From Thermoanaerobaculia bacterium (lineage in GTDB: Bacteria > Acidobacteriota > Thermoanaerobaculia > Gp7-AA8), in NCBI GenBank assembly GCA_036398925.1, contig DASWOB010000050.1:79399-143398 (forward strand): a stretch of 64,000 bases of DNA. The letters run 5' to 3'. The position numbers were made by a program, and so were the translations under genes. The notes beneath the pieces are model-generated. The model saw nothing but the letters and a program-made list of their open reading frames with translations. It made no database searches and was not told the DNA's origin. Positions 31,056 through 40,160 of this stretch are shown here, piece by piece; position 1 is the stretch's first letter; the number at the start of each line of letters is the position of its first letter.

Positions 31056-32945
31056 ATGGATCTGTTCATCGCTATCGTCGTCGGTGCCATTTTTCTGCTC
31101 ATCGCCACCTTCGTGGTCGGCGTGATGATCGCGAAGTTCTACCGCAAGGTGGAGCAGGGGAAGGCGCTCATCGTCAACAAGATGAAGGCCGAGCCCGAGG
31201 TCACGTTCACCGGCGCGACCGTGCTGCCGATCATCCACAAGGCGGAAGTGATGGACATCTCGGTCAAGACCATCGAGATCGACCGCCGCGCGAAGGACGG
31301 CCTGATCTGCCGCGACAACATCCGCGCCGACATCAAGGTCACGTTCTTCGTCCGCGTGAACAAGACCGTCGATGACGTGATCAAGGTCGCGCAGTCGATC
31401 GGCTGCGTCCGCGCCTCCGATCCCGGCACGCTCGAAGCGCTGTTCAGCGCCAAGTTCTCCGAGGGGCTCAAGACCGTCGGCAAGCAGCTCGACTTCGTCG
31501 ACCTCTACACCAAGCGCCACGAGTTCCGCGACGCGATCATCAACCTGATCGGCCGCGACCTGAACGGCTACGTCCTCGAGGACGCCGCCATCGACTACCT
31601 CGAGCAGACGCCGATCGTGAACCTCGATCCGATGAACATCCTCGACGCGCAGGGCATCCGGAAGATCACGGAGCTGACCTCGACCGAGCACGTGCGCACG
31701 AACGAGTTCCAGAACACCGAGAAGAAGCTCACCAAGAAGCAGGACGTCGAGGCGCAGGAAGCGATCCTCGAGCTGGAGCGCCAGCAGGCCGATGCCGAGG
31801 CCAAGCAGAAGCGCGAGATCGAATCGGTCCGCGCCCGCGAGGCCGCCGAGCTGCACAAGATCCAGGCGGAGGAGCGCCGCCGCGCCGAGACCGCCCGCAT
31901 CGCCACCGACGAGGACCTGGCGATCGCCGAGCAGAACAAGCAGCGCCAGATCGAGGTCGCGCAGAAGAACCGCGAGCGCGTGGTCGGCATCGAGACCGAG
32001 CGCGTCGAGAAGGACCGCATGCTCGAGCAGGTCACGCGCGAGCGCGCCGTGGCCCTCTCGCAGATCGACAAAGAGAAGGCCCTCGAGGTCGAGCGGAAGA
32101 ACATCCAGGAAGTCATCCGCGAGCGCGTGGTCGTGGAGCGCAGCGTGGTCGAGGAGCAGGAGCGCATCAAGACCGTGCAGATGCTCGAAGACGCGAAGCG
32201 CAACCGCGAGGCGGTGATCATCGCCGCCGAGGCCGAGGCGCAGGAGAAGCTCGTCAAAGACATCAAGGCCGCCGAAGCCGCCGAGCAGGCGTCGCACCAC
32301 ATCGCCAGGCAGCGCGTCACGCTCGCGGAATCGGAAGTGGAAGCCGCCGACCGCGAAGCGCGCGCGAAGATCCGCCTCGCCGAAGGTCTGCAGGCCGAAA
32401 GCGCCGCGGAAGGGCTCGCCGCCGCGAGGGTCAAGGAAGCGGATGCCATCGCCAGCGAGAAGCATGGCCTGGCCGACATGCGCGTGAAAGAGGCCGAAGC
32501 GAACGCGATCGCGAAGCTCGGCGCGGCCGAGGCGTCGGTCATCGAGCAGAAACTCTTCGCCGAAGCGGCCGGTATCACCAAGAAGGCCGAAGCGATGAAG
32601 CAGCTCGACACCGCGTCGCGCGAGCACGAGGAGTTCCGCCTGCGCATCGAGACCGAGCGGATGCTCGGCACCGCGCACATCGCAGCGCGCCAGAAGGTCG
32701 AGGAAGCGAAAGCGCAGATCCTCGGCGTGGCGCTGCAGAACGCCAAGATCGACATCGTCGGCGGCGACGGCCAGTTCCTCGACCGCATCGTGAACTCGGT
32801 CGGAATGGGCAAAGCCGTCGACCACTTCCTCGGCGAAAGCGAGACCGCGCAGGCAGTGCTGGCGAAGCTGGGAGTGGCCAAACCGGCCAGCGAGATCGTG
32901 CCTCCGACGGTTTCGGCGAAAGTCCCGGTCGTGCGCGCCGACTAG
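31056..32945 (+). CDS. Flotillin-family SPFH/band-7 protein (YqiK/FloT-like).
   Basis: An AGGAGA RBS. An N-terminal TM helix, an SPFH domain and a long Glu/Ala/Arg-rich coiled coil (EAQEAILELERQQADAEAKQKREIE...). Confidence 0.9.
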   Translation: MDLFIAIVVGAIFLLIATFVVGVMIAKFYRKVEQGKALIVNKMKAEPEVTFTGATVLPIIHKAEVMDISVKTIEIDRRAKDGLICRDNIRADIKVTFFVRVNKTVDDVIKVAQSIGCVRASDPGTLEALFSAKFSEGLKTVGKQLDFVDLYTKRHEFRDAIINLIGRDLNGYVLEDAAIDYLEQTPIVNLDPMNILDAQGIRKITELTSTEHVRTNEFQNTEKKLTKKQDVEAQEAILELERQQADAEAKQKREIESVRAREAAELHKIQAEERRRAETARIATDEDLAIAEQNKQRQIEVAQKNRERVVGIETERVEKDRMLEQVTRERAVALSQIDKEKALEVERKNIQEVIRERVVVERSVVEEQERIKTVQMLEDAKRNREAVIIAAEAEAQEKLVKDIKAAEAAEQASHHIARQRVTLAESEVEAADREARAKIRLAEGLQAESAAEGLAAARVKEADAIASEKHGLADMRVKEAEANAIAKLGAAEASVIEQKLFAEAAGITKKAEAMKQLDTASREHEEFRLRIETERMLGTAHIAARQKVEEAKAQILGVALQNAKIDIVGGDGQFLDRIVNSVGMGKAVDHFLGESETAQAVLAKLGVAKPASEIVPPTVSAKVPVVRAD

Positions 32946-32952
32946 TCCATCC

Positions 32953-33062
32953 CCAGTGTCATCCTGAGCCCGCGCAGACGGGCGAAGGACCCCCTTCGAC
33001 ATGCGCGACGCCACGTGCATCCGCAAGCGCCGGGGGGTCCTTCGCTTCGCTCAGGATGACAC
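32953..33062. repeat. Nested hairpin of about 105 bp between the flotillin gene and the giant ATPase gene.
   Basis: Outer stem gtgtcatcctgagc / gctcaggatgacac. Inner stem gaaggaccccc / gggggtccttc. Confidence 0.55.
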
Positions 33063-33101
33063 GTGGGAGCGGGGGCTCCCCGCAACGCGAGGAACCGATT
33101 C

Positions 33102-36100
33102 ATGACCATCGAACGCGGCACCTACGAAGTCATCCGCGACCGCCTTTCGGCGCAGGGGAAAACCCTCGCTGAAAAGGCGGCGCGCCTCAACGCACGCCGG
33201 ATCGAGCTGTTCGGCGGGGCGGAGATGGCCCTCCTCGGCAGCGATCGCATTCGCACCGAGAACAACTGCGTGCCGCGCGACATCGCGGAAGCGGGCAGCC
33301 TCCTGCTGTTCGGCTACAACGTCTTCATCGGCCTCAAGACCGAGACGCAGGTGTCGGATGTCTTCTCGCTGCACCGCGTCGACAACTTCGCGGCGGTGCC
33401 GGCCGATGCGCCGGAGAACTTCCTCCGCGATCCGAAGTTCGCTCACGACTTCCGCGAGCTCTATCAGTACTACCGCAACTCGCGGCTGCTGCAACTGCGG
33501 CGCGTCGAGTCGAAGCTGCTGGCGGTCTTCCAGACCGGCGAGAAGCTGACCGACCTGCGCGTCTTCCGCTGGCAGGTGGCGGTCGACGGCAGCGTCACCT
33601 ACATCGACAACCGCGGCGAGCGCGATCACGTCTACCCGCCGCGCCACGACTTCGAGTGGATTGCCACCTCGCGCGAGCACCACGTGAGCGGCAAGCATCC
33701 GCACTGCTCGATCGAGGACAGCCTCTTCGTCGAGACCATCGGCGGCGACGTCACGTTCAAGATCGAGGACAACACCTCGACGGGCCGCGGCATCTTCAGC
33801 GAGCCGGTCGACGATCCCGATCAGTCGCTCGACGACGCGCAGATTCACTACGCGGTCATCGGCACGCTGATCCTGGTGAAGCTCCTCCCCTATCGCGAGA
33901 AGAGCTGGCGCTATTACGTCTTCAACAAACGGACGAAGAGCGTGCGGCGCATCGACGCCATCGGCGCCGCCTGCATCCAGCTTCCCGAGGATCACGGCAT
34001 CATCTTCCCGGGCGGCTACTACCTCCGCACCGGCGACGCCAGGATCTTCGAGGAGCACGATCCGAACGGGATGGAGTTCCTGCGCGCGGTCCGCGCGCCG
34101 AACGGCGAGGACGTGCTCTACGCGTTCCACCGCCGCGATGAAGGGCGGACGCTGCTTTTCTCGTACAACCTCATTCGCAAAGAGGTCGTCAACCCGCTCA
34201 GCTGCCACGGCTACTCGCTGTTTGCCGACGGCAAGATGATCATCTTCTCCGCGACCAGCAACGAGCCGACCCGCGTCCATCCGATGCAGATCTGGCAGAC
34301 GCCGTTCGTCAGCGACGACCACCTGGCGAAGACGCCGCAGCCAAATACGTTTCTCGGCAAGGTCGGCAACCGCGATCTCGTGCGTGGTCTCTCCAGCGCG
34401 CTCTCGATCTGCCGCCTCGTCGACGAACAGACCCCGTCGCGCGCGACCTACGAAGACATGGTCGCGGCCACCGCGCGGGTCATCGACGCGTATCACTGGA
34501 TCGGTCACGCCGAAGCCGAAGACCTCCTCTCCACGATCAAAGAAGTCCGCGCCACCGCGGAGCTGATCATCGATGAGTTCGAGAAGGTGGAGGCGCTGCG
34601 CGCGCAGGCCTCGAAGGCGGTCGGCGACGTCGAGCAGTCGCTCAACGAAAAGCGTCCCGAGCCGGCATCCATCGACGACTACGTCGCGCAGCTCGGCGAG
34701 CTCCGTTCGAAGCAGGGGCACATCATTTCGCTGCGCGAGCTGCGTTACGTCGATCGCGCGAAGCTCGACGCGCTCGAAGCGGGCGTCGTGGCGCGCTTCG
34801 GCGAACTGTCGCAGGCCACGGTGCAGTTCCTCCTCGACGAGAAGGCGCTGGCGCCGTTCGCCGAAAAGACCACCTACATCGAAACGCGCATCGCCAACGT
34901 CCAGAAGACCACCGACGCCGAGGCGCTCGTGCGCGAAGTCGAAGGGGTGGTCGGGTCGCTGAATCTCCTGACCGAGATCATCGGCTCGCTGCAGATCGAA
35001 GACCCGTCGGTGCGCATCCGGATCCTCGAGCGGATCTCGCAGCTGATGTCGGGCCTCAACCGCGTCCGCGCGCTCGTCGCGCAGCGGCGCAAGGAGCTGC
35101 TCGGCAAGGAACGCGTCGCCGAGTTCGCGGTGCAGTTCTCCCTCTTCACCCAGACCGTCTCCAGTTCCGTCTCCGGCACCGACACGCCGGAGCGCTGCGA
35201 TACCGAGCTGTCGAAGCTGATGCTGCAGCTCGAAGAGCTGGAGACCCGCTTCAGCGAGTTCGACGACTTTGTGGCGCAGCTCGCGGCCAAACGCGAAGAG
35301 GTGTACGACGCCCTCACCGCGCGCAAGCAGTCGCTGCTCGAACAGCGGCAGCGCCGGGCGGAGCAGCTGCAGCAGGCCGCGACGCGCATTCTCCAGGGGA
35401 TCACCCGCCGTGCCGGCACGCTCGGCAACGTCGACGCGCTGAACGCGTTCTTTGCCTCCGACCCGATGGTGGCCAAGCTCCGCTCGACGTCCGAGAAACT
35501 GCGCGAGCTGGGCGACATCGTGCGCGCCGACGAGATCGACGGCAAGCTCAAGACCGCGCGCGACGAAGCCGCACGCTCGCTGCGCGACCGGAACGAGCTG
35601 TTCGAGGAAGGGTCGAACGTGGTCCGCTTCGGCGAGCACCGCTTCAGCGTCAACACGCAGCCGGTCGAGCTGACCATCGTTCCGCGCGAAGAGCGCCCCC
35701 ACCTCCACATCACCGGCACCGGCTTCTTCGAGCCGATCGAAGAAGAGCTGGCCTATCCGAATCAGGAGCTGGTCTCCGAGACCGAAGAGGTCTACCGCGC
35801 CGAGTACCTCGCCTACGTGGCCCGCAACGGCGACGTGCGCGAAGCGATGGCGGCGCGCTACGACGAAGGCTACGAGCGCGGCGTGCACGATCACGACGCG
35901 CAGCTCATCGCCGAGAAACTGCGCGGCATGATGTCGACCGCCGGCCTCCTGCGCTACACGCCGAACGCGCGCGCCGCCGCCACGCTCTTCTGGGCCTTCT
36001 TCCCGGATGAATCGCTCAAAGCGCAGTGGTCCGCGCACGCGAAGGCCCTTCTGGACTGCGGTGGCAACGCCACCGCTCTCGCCCAGGAACTGCAGCAAGC

Positions 36101-38180
36101 CATCGAAACCTGGCTCCCCGTCGACTGCGGCAACATCCGCAACGCCGGCGCCTACCTCTGCGAAGAGATCTCGCAGCAGCCGATCCGCTTCGTGCTCAGC
36201 GCCGAAGCCGCGGACTTGTTGAACGCGGCGATCCCCAACCTCCGCGACCTCGACTGGCAGCGCAAGCTCGCCGTCGTGCGCACGTCCGTCCCGAACCTCG
36301 AAGCGGCGGCAGCGATCGTCACCAACGGCACGCTCTCGCGCGAGCGCTCCTCCGCGATCATCCAGACGAAGATCACCGGCCTGCTCGGCCAGCACCCGCG
36401 CATTGCCGGCGGCACGATGGAGCTGCGCCTCGACGAGTTCCTGGCGCGCCTCGGCACGTTCGAAGCGGAGCGCGTCCCCGCCTTCCGCGCCTACCAGCAG
36501 AAACGCCACGCCATCCTCGAGCGCGAGCGGAAGCGCCTGCGCCTCAGCGAGCTGCAGCCGAAGGTGATGTCCGCCTTCGTCCGCAACAAACTGATTTCCG
36601 AGGTCTACCTCCCGCTCATCGGCGCCAATTTCGCGAAGCAGATGGGCGTGGCCGGCGAGAAAAAGCGCACCGACCTGATGGGCCTTCTGCTGCTCGTCTC
36701 CCCCCCCGGCTACGGCAAGACCACGCTGCTCGAATACATCGCGGTGCGCCTCGGCCTGGTCTTCGTGAAGATCAACGGTCCGGCGCTCGGCCACTCGGTG
36801 AAATCGCTCGACCCGAACGAAGCGCCGAACGCCACCGCGCGGCAGGAGATCCTCAAGCTCAACCTCGCCCTGGAGATGGGGAACAACGTGCTGCTGATGA
36901 TCGACGACATCCAGCACACGCACCCGGAGCTCCTCCAGAAGTTCATCTCGCTCTGCGACGCGCAGCGCAAGATCGAAGGCTGCTGGCGCGGCGAAACGCG
37001 CACGTACGACCTGCGCGGCAAGCGCTTCGCCGTCTGCATGGCCGGCAACCCGTACACCGAGTCGGGCGAGAAGTTCGAGATCCCCGACATGCTCGCCAAC
37101 CGCGCCGACGTCTACAACCTCGGCGAAGTGCTGGCCGGCCGCGACGAGCTGTTCGACCTCAGCTACATCGAGAACGCCCTCACCTCCAACAGCATCACCG
37201 CGCCTCTGCTCACGCGCGATCCGAACGACGTGCAGAAGCTGGTGCGCATGGCGCGCGGCGAACAGGTGCAGGCCGACCAGCTCTCGCACGACTACTCCTC
37301 GGTCGAGCTGAACGAGCTGCTCGGCGTGCTGCGCAAGCTCAGCGTCGTGCAGCAGCTCCTCGCCCGCGTGAACCGCCAGTACGTCCTCTCGGCCGCGCAA
37401 CAGAACGCCTACCGCACCGAGCCGTCGTTCAAGCTGCAGGGCAGCTACCGCAACATGAACAAGCTCGCGGAGAAAGTCCTCCCCGCGATGAACGACGACG
37501 AGCTGCAGCGCCTCATCGACGACCACTACCTCGGCGAAGCGCAGACCCTCACCGCCGGCGCCGAAGAAAACCTCCTCAAGCTCGCCGAGCTCCGCGGCCG
37601 GATGACCGACGCCCAGCGCACCCGCTGGCAAGAGATCAAGCGCGGCTTCACCCGCGTGCAACGCCTCGGCGGCACCGAAGCCGACCCCGCCGCCCGCGTC
37701 ATGGCCGAACTGAGCGTCGTCAGCGACCGCATCGGCGAAGTGGCCCGCGCCATTGCCGGAGCGATCTCCGCCGCGGAAGCGCCGGCCGTCGCCCCCGTCG
37801 CAGCGCCCGCACCCACCCCGGTCGTCATCTCCGCCCCCGCCGTGCCGTCGCTCGACCTCACCCCCTACCTCGCCAAACTCGACGAAACCCTGCACGCCCT
37901 GCGCGAGCTCCACACCGCAAGACTCCCGATCGCCGCCGCATCCGCCGTCGTCGCCGCGCCCGCGCAACCACCGGCGTCCTCCCGTGAGGCCTACCTCATC
38001 CAGGACACCCTGATCCCCCTCCTCCGCTTCATGGCCCACCGCTTCAAGAGCTACCGCTCCGTCGCCGACCCGAAAGTGAAGCAGGCCATCGCCCGCCTCG
38101 AGTCGGTCAAGGACCTCGACCAGCTCGTGAGCACCCTGGAGAACATCAACGTCTCAGCGCTGGCGACGTTGACGGAGTAG
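33102..38180 (+). CDS. Giant (1,692 aa) protein with a long coiled-coil region and a C-proximal AAA+ (MoxR/AAA_5-like) P-loop ATPase domain. Function unknown.
   Basis: A GAGGA RBS then the ATG at 33102. Walker A LLLVSPPGYGKTTLLEYIA, Walker B NNVLLMIDDIQ and sensor-1-like FAVCMAGNPYTE. Extensive predicted coiled coil at aa 450-1000. It contains a 29-bp in-frame fragment of the MITE terminal repeat at 36051-36083. Confidence 0.8.
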   Translation: MTIERGTYEVIRDRLSAQGKTLAEKAARLNARRIELFGGAEMALLGSDRIRTENNCVPRDIAEAGSLLLFGYNVFIGLKTETQVSDVFSLHRVDNFAAVPADAPENFLRDPKFAHDFRELYQYYRNSRLLQLRRVESKLLAVFQTGEKLTDLRVFRWQVAVDGSVTYIDNRGERDHVYPPRHDFEWIATSREHHVSGKHPHCSIEDSLFVETIGGDVTFKIEDNTSTGRGIFSEPVDDPDQSLDDAQIHYAVIGTLILVKLLPYREKSWRYYVFNKRTKSVRRIDAIGAACIQLPEDHGIIFPGGYYLRTGDARIFEEHDPNGMEFLRAVRAPNGEDVLYAFHRRDEGRTLLFSYNLIRKEVVNPLSCHGYSLFADGKMIIFSATSNEPTRVHPMQIWQTPFVSDDHLAKTPQPNTFLGKVGNRDLVRGLSSALSICRLVDEQTPSRATYEDMVAATARVIDAYHWIGHAEAEDLLSTIKEVRATAELIIDEFEKVEALRAQASKAVGDVEQSLNEKRPEPASIDDYVAQLGELRSKQGHIISLRELRYVDRAKLDALEAGVVARFGELSQATVQFLLDEKALAPFAEKTTYIETRIANVQKTTDAEALVREVEGVVGSLNLLTEIIGSLQIEDPSVRIRILERISQLMSGLNRVRALVAQRRKELLGKERVAEFAVQFSLFTQTVSSSVSGTDTPERCDTELSKLMLQLEELETRFSEFDDFVAQLAAKREEVYDALTARKQSLLEQRQRRAEQLQQAATRILQGITRRAGTLGNVDALNAFFASDPMVAKLRSTSEKLRELGDIVRADEIDGKLKTARDEAARSLRDRNELFEEGSNVVRFGEHRFSVNTQPVELTIVPREERPHLHITGTGFFEPIEEELAYPNQELVSETEEVYRAEYLAYVARNGDVREAMAARYDEGYERGVHDHDAQLIAEKLRGMMSTAGLLRYTPNARAAATLFWAFFPDESLKAQWSAHAKALLDCGGNATALAQELQQAIETWLPVDCGNIRNAGAYLCEEISQQPIRFVLSAEAADLLNAAIPNLRDLDWQRKLAVVRTSVPNLEAAAAIVTNGTLSRERSSAIIQTKITGLLGQHPRIAGGTMELRLDEFLARLGTFEAERVPAFRAYQQKRHAILERERKRLRLSELQPKVMSAFVRNKLISEVYLPLIGANFAKQMGVAGEKKRTDLMGLLLLVSPPGYGKTTLLEYIAVRLGLVFVKINGPALGHSVKSLDPNEAPNATARQEILKLNLALEMGNNVLLMIDDIQHTHPELLQKFISLCDAQRKIEGCWRGETRTYDLRGKRFAVCMAGNPYTESGEKFEIPDMLANRADVYNLGEVLAGRDELFDLSYIENALTSNSITAPLLTRDPNDVQKLVRMARGEQVQADQLSHDYSSVELNELLGVLRKLSVVQQLLARVNRQYVLSAAQQNAYRTEPSFKLQGSYRNMNKLAEKVLPAMNDDELQRLIDDHYLGEAQTLTAGAEENLLKLAELRGRMTDAQRTRWQEIKRGFTRVQRLGGTEADPAARVMAELSVVSDRIGEVARAIAGAISAAEAPAVAPVAAPAPTPVVISAPAVPSLDLTPYLAKLDETLHALRELHTARLPIAAASAVVAAPAQPPASSREAYLIQDTLIPLLRFMAHRFKSYRSVADPKVKQAIARLESVKDLDQLVSTLENINVSALATLTE
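36051..36083. repeat. Partial copy (one terminal repeat) of the MITE-like family, embedded in frame in the giant gene.
   Basis: ctggactgcggtggcaacgccaccgctct matches 28/29 to the terminal repeat of the other copies. It encodes ...LLDCGGNATAL.... Confidence 0.5.
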
Positions 38181-38420
38181 CGGTGAGCCTTTGAGCTGTT
38201 GAGCTGTTGAGCTGTTGAGCGAGAAGTGTGAATGGAACCAGAGTCAACAACTCACTTCCTCGCTCAATAGCTCAATAGCTCAACAGCTAAAAAGCTCGAA
38301 CCCGGAGCTGTTCAGCTGTTCAGGCGAGGAAGTGAATTGTTGATTCTGGTTTTATCCACACTTCATCGCTCAACAGCTCAACACCTGAACAGCTGAACAG
38401 CTGAATAGCTGAATAGCTCA
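38181..38420. repeat. Two adjacent imperfect palindromes built from tandem 8-mers (GAGCTGTT / CAGCTGTT / TCAATAGC).
   Basis: gagctgttgagctgttgagctgttgagcgagaagtg...cacttcctcgctcaatagctcaatagctcaacagct, and cagctgttcagctgttcaggcgaggaagtg...cacttcatcgctcaacagctcaacacctgaacagctgaacagctg. The region is AT-richer than the surrounding sequence. Confidence 0.7.
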
Positions 38421-38451
38421 ACAGCTCGAAGGCGAAGCCCCCACGACCCGG

Positions 38452-38868
38452 TCAAGGCGTGAGCGCGCGCTTGCGCCGCGCCTCGGTGGCCGCGCGCGAG
38501 GGGACGGCCTCGCCGTAGGAGCGTTCGTAGGCGGCGCGCATGTTTTCGAGGTGCTCGACCAGCTCCGGGTGCTCGCCGGTCTGCACCAGTTCCTCGGCCT
38601 TGTAGTAGATGTCGAGGGCCATCTCGAAGGCCCGCTCCTGCGCTGCTTCGACGGTGGTGCGCAGCTCGTCCGCGAGTGACTGCGAGGCCTCCAGCACCGT
38701 CTCCAGCTCGAAATCCGACAGCGCTTCGAGGTCGGCGTTGCGCAGGTCGCGCAGCATGGCGCGCGCTTCGTCCGCGTTTCCCGGCACGACCGGAGGGCCG
38801 GCGGGCAGGCGGTCGCGCACCTCGGTGAGGCGACCCAGAATCGTTTCTGCACTCATCTTCTTGGGCAT
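38452..38868 (-). CDS. Hypothetical alpha-helical protein (138 aa).
   Basis: The ATG at 38868 is in frame, preceded by a GGAGAC RBS. GC-biased third codon positions. Acidic helical sequence with no recognisable family. Confidence 0.5.
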   Translation of the reverse strand: MPKKMSAETILGRLTEVRDRLPAGPPVVPGNADEARAMLRDLRNADLEALSDFELETVLEASQSLADELRTTVEAAQERAFEMALDIYYKAEELVQTGEHPELVEHLENMRAAYERSYGEAVPSRAATEARRKRALTP

Positions 38869-38941
38869 TGGGGAGTCTCCTGTCGGACGAAAAACCGGGC
38901 GCGCGGCAACGCGCCACGCACCCGGTCCTTTCACTCATACG

Positions 38942-39475
38942 TCATTCGGCGGCGGCCGGCGCCGGCGCTTCGATGCGCTTGCGGCGAAGGCGCGCGCCGA
39001 ACATGTTCAGCCGGCGCATCGCTTCGATGTGCGGCAGCAGGTCGGCGTGATCGCTGCTCCGCGCCAGCTGCTGGCTGATGCTGTAGGTCTGCAGCGCCGC
39101 CAGACCGAGGTGATAGCGCCGCGTGAGATTGCCCGCGCGGACGCCCTGCAGCACCTTGGTCAGCTCATCCTCCACGCTCGACCAGCGGACGACCTCCGAC
39201 ACGTCGCCACGCATGTCGTCCGCCGTGGCGCCGAGGGCCGTTTCGACGGCCGGCGACGCACCGACGGCGTTGATGGAGGCGTCGACGAACGGCCGCGAGA
39301 CCGCGGCTACCCGCGCCATCGCTTTGAGCGCGTCCCTGTCGAGCGGCCCGTACATCGGGATGTGCTGCCGCAGGATGCGCAACTGCTCGACGATCTGCTC
39401 CGGGGTCATCTGCACGAAATCTTTCGACGGCGGCTGAACTGCTTCGGTCTTGGTGCGTTTGTTCACGATACTCAT
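38942..39475 (-). CDS. Hypothetical alpha-helical protein (177 aa).
   Basis: The ATG at 39475 is preceded by a GGAGAG RBS. GC-biased third codon positions. No family recognised. Confidence 0.5.
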   Translation of the reverse strand: MSIVNKRTKTEAVQPPSKDFVQMTPEQIVEQLRILRQHIPMYGPLDRDALKAMARVAAVSRPFVDASINAVGASPAVETALGATADDMRGDVSEVVRWSSVEDELTKVLQGVRAGNLTRRYHLGLAALQTYSISQQLARSSDHADLLPHIEAMRRLNMFGARLRRKRIEAPAPAAAE

Positions 39476-39825
39476 GATGCTCTCTCCTCTCGAACCGGCC
39501 TTTGTTCCGGTTCCGCGATGTTGAACGGGCGGACTTGCGATGCCAGTCACAAGCTCGCCCGGTGAATCGCGCGGCCACGCGCCGTCGATTCGGTTTCAAT
39601 GATTGCCCGAAGCCATGGTTCTCCGGGGACCTCACCGGGGCGGGCTGGAGGAGCTGAGCTCTACCCCACGATGGTCGGCCGCGGCCTTGACTCAAGCCAT
39701 TGCGATCGGTCGTTTGCCTTGACTCAAGATGCACCCGGCGCCATATATTTGTCAACAGCTGAGCTGTTACAATTTTTAATGTTACAGAAATTGCTCTCGA
39801 TCGAAAGACGCGCGCTCTTCCGGTC

Positions 39826-40122
39826 ATGGAGATCGCGCACGACGGGAAGCAAAATTTGCACGACGGGAAGAGCCGCGCTCACGCCGGGAAGAGCGTTTTC
39901 CACGCGGGGAAGAAAAAGTTGCTCGACGGGAAGGGCGTGGCTCACGACGGGAAGAGCGGCGCTCTCGATCGGAAGGACTTTTTTCACGGCGGCAAGAGCG
40001 GCGGCCACGATCGGAAGAGCGTTTCTCACGAGCGCATCAGAATTTTCCTCGAGCGCGAGAGCCGCCGTCACGACCGGAGCAGCGTCCTTCATCGAATTGT
40101 GACGCTCGCTCATCAGCGTTGA
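39826..40122 (+). CDS. Possible small protein made of HDGKSxx heptad repeats, encoded by a 21-bp tandem DNA array. The coding status is uncertain.
   Basis: About 12 imperfect 21-bp repeats (cacgacgggaagagcg.....) between 39835 and 40095. The plus frame has about 77% GC3, versus about 64% for the antisense ALPVVxx frame. The stop overlaps the next ORF. Confidence 0.3.
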   Translation: MEIAHDGKQNLHDGKSRAHAGKSVFHAGKKKLLDGKGVAHDGKSGALDRKDFFHGGKSGGHDRKSVSHERIRIFLERESRRHDRSSVLHRIVTLAHQR

Positions 40123-40160
40123 GACCTCCGGTGATGACCGATGACGTACAACGTGTCGCC

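Noticed and set aside
33063-33101. Listed start (33063) of the giant gene
   Set aside because: It lies inside the upstream hairpin. The ATG at 33102 has a GAGGA RBS 9 nt upstream and gives a clean N-terminus (MTIERGTYEV...).
39724-40113. Minus-strand ALPVVxx heptad ORF across the 21-bp repeat array
   Set aside because: It has lower GC3 (about 64%) than the plus-strand frame, and its 3' end runs into an AT-rich promoter-like region. It is kept only as an alternative in the finding.
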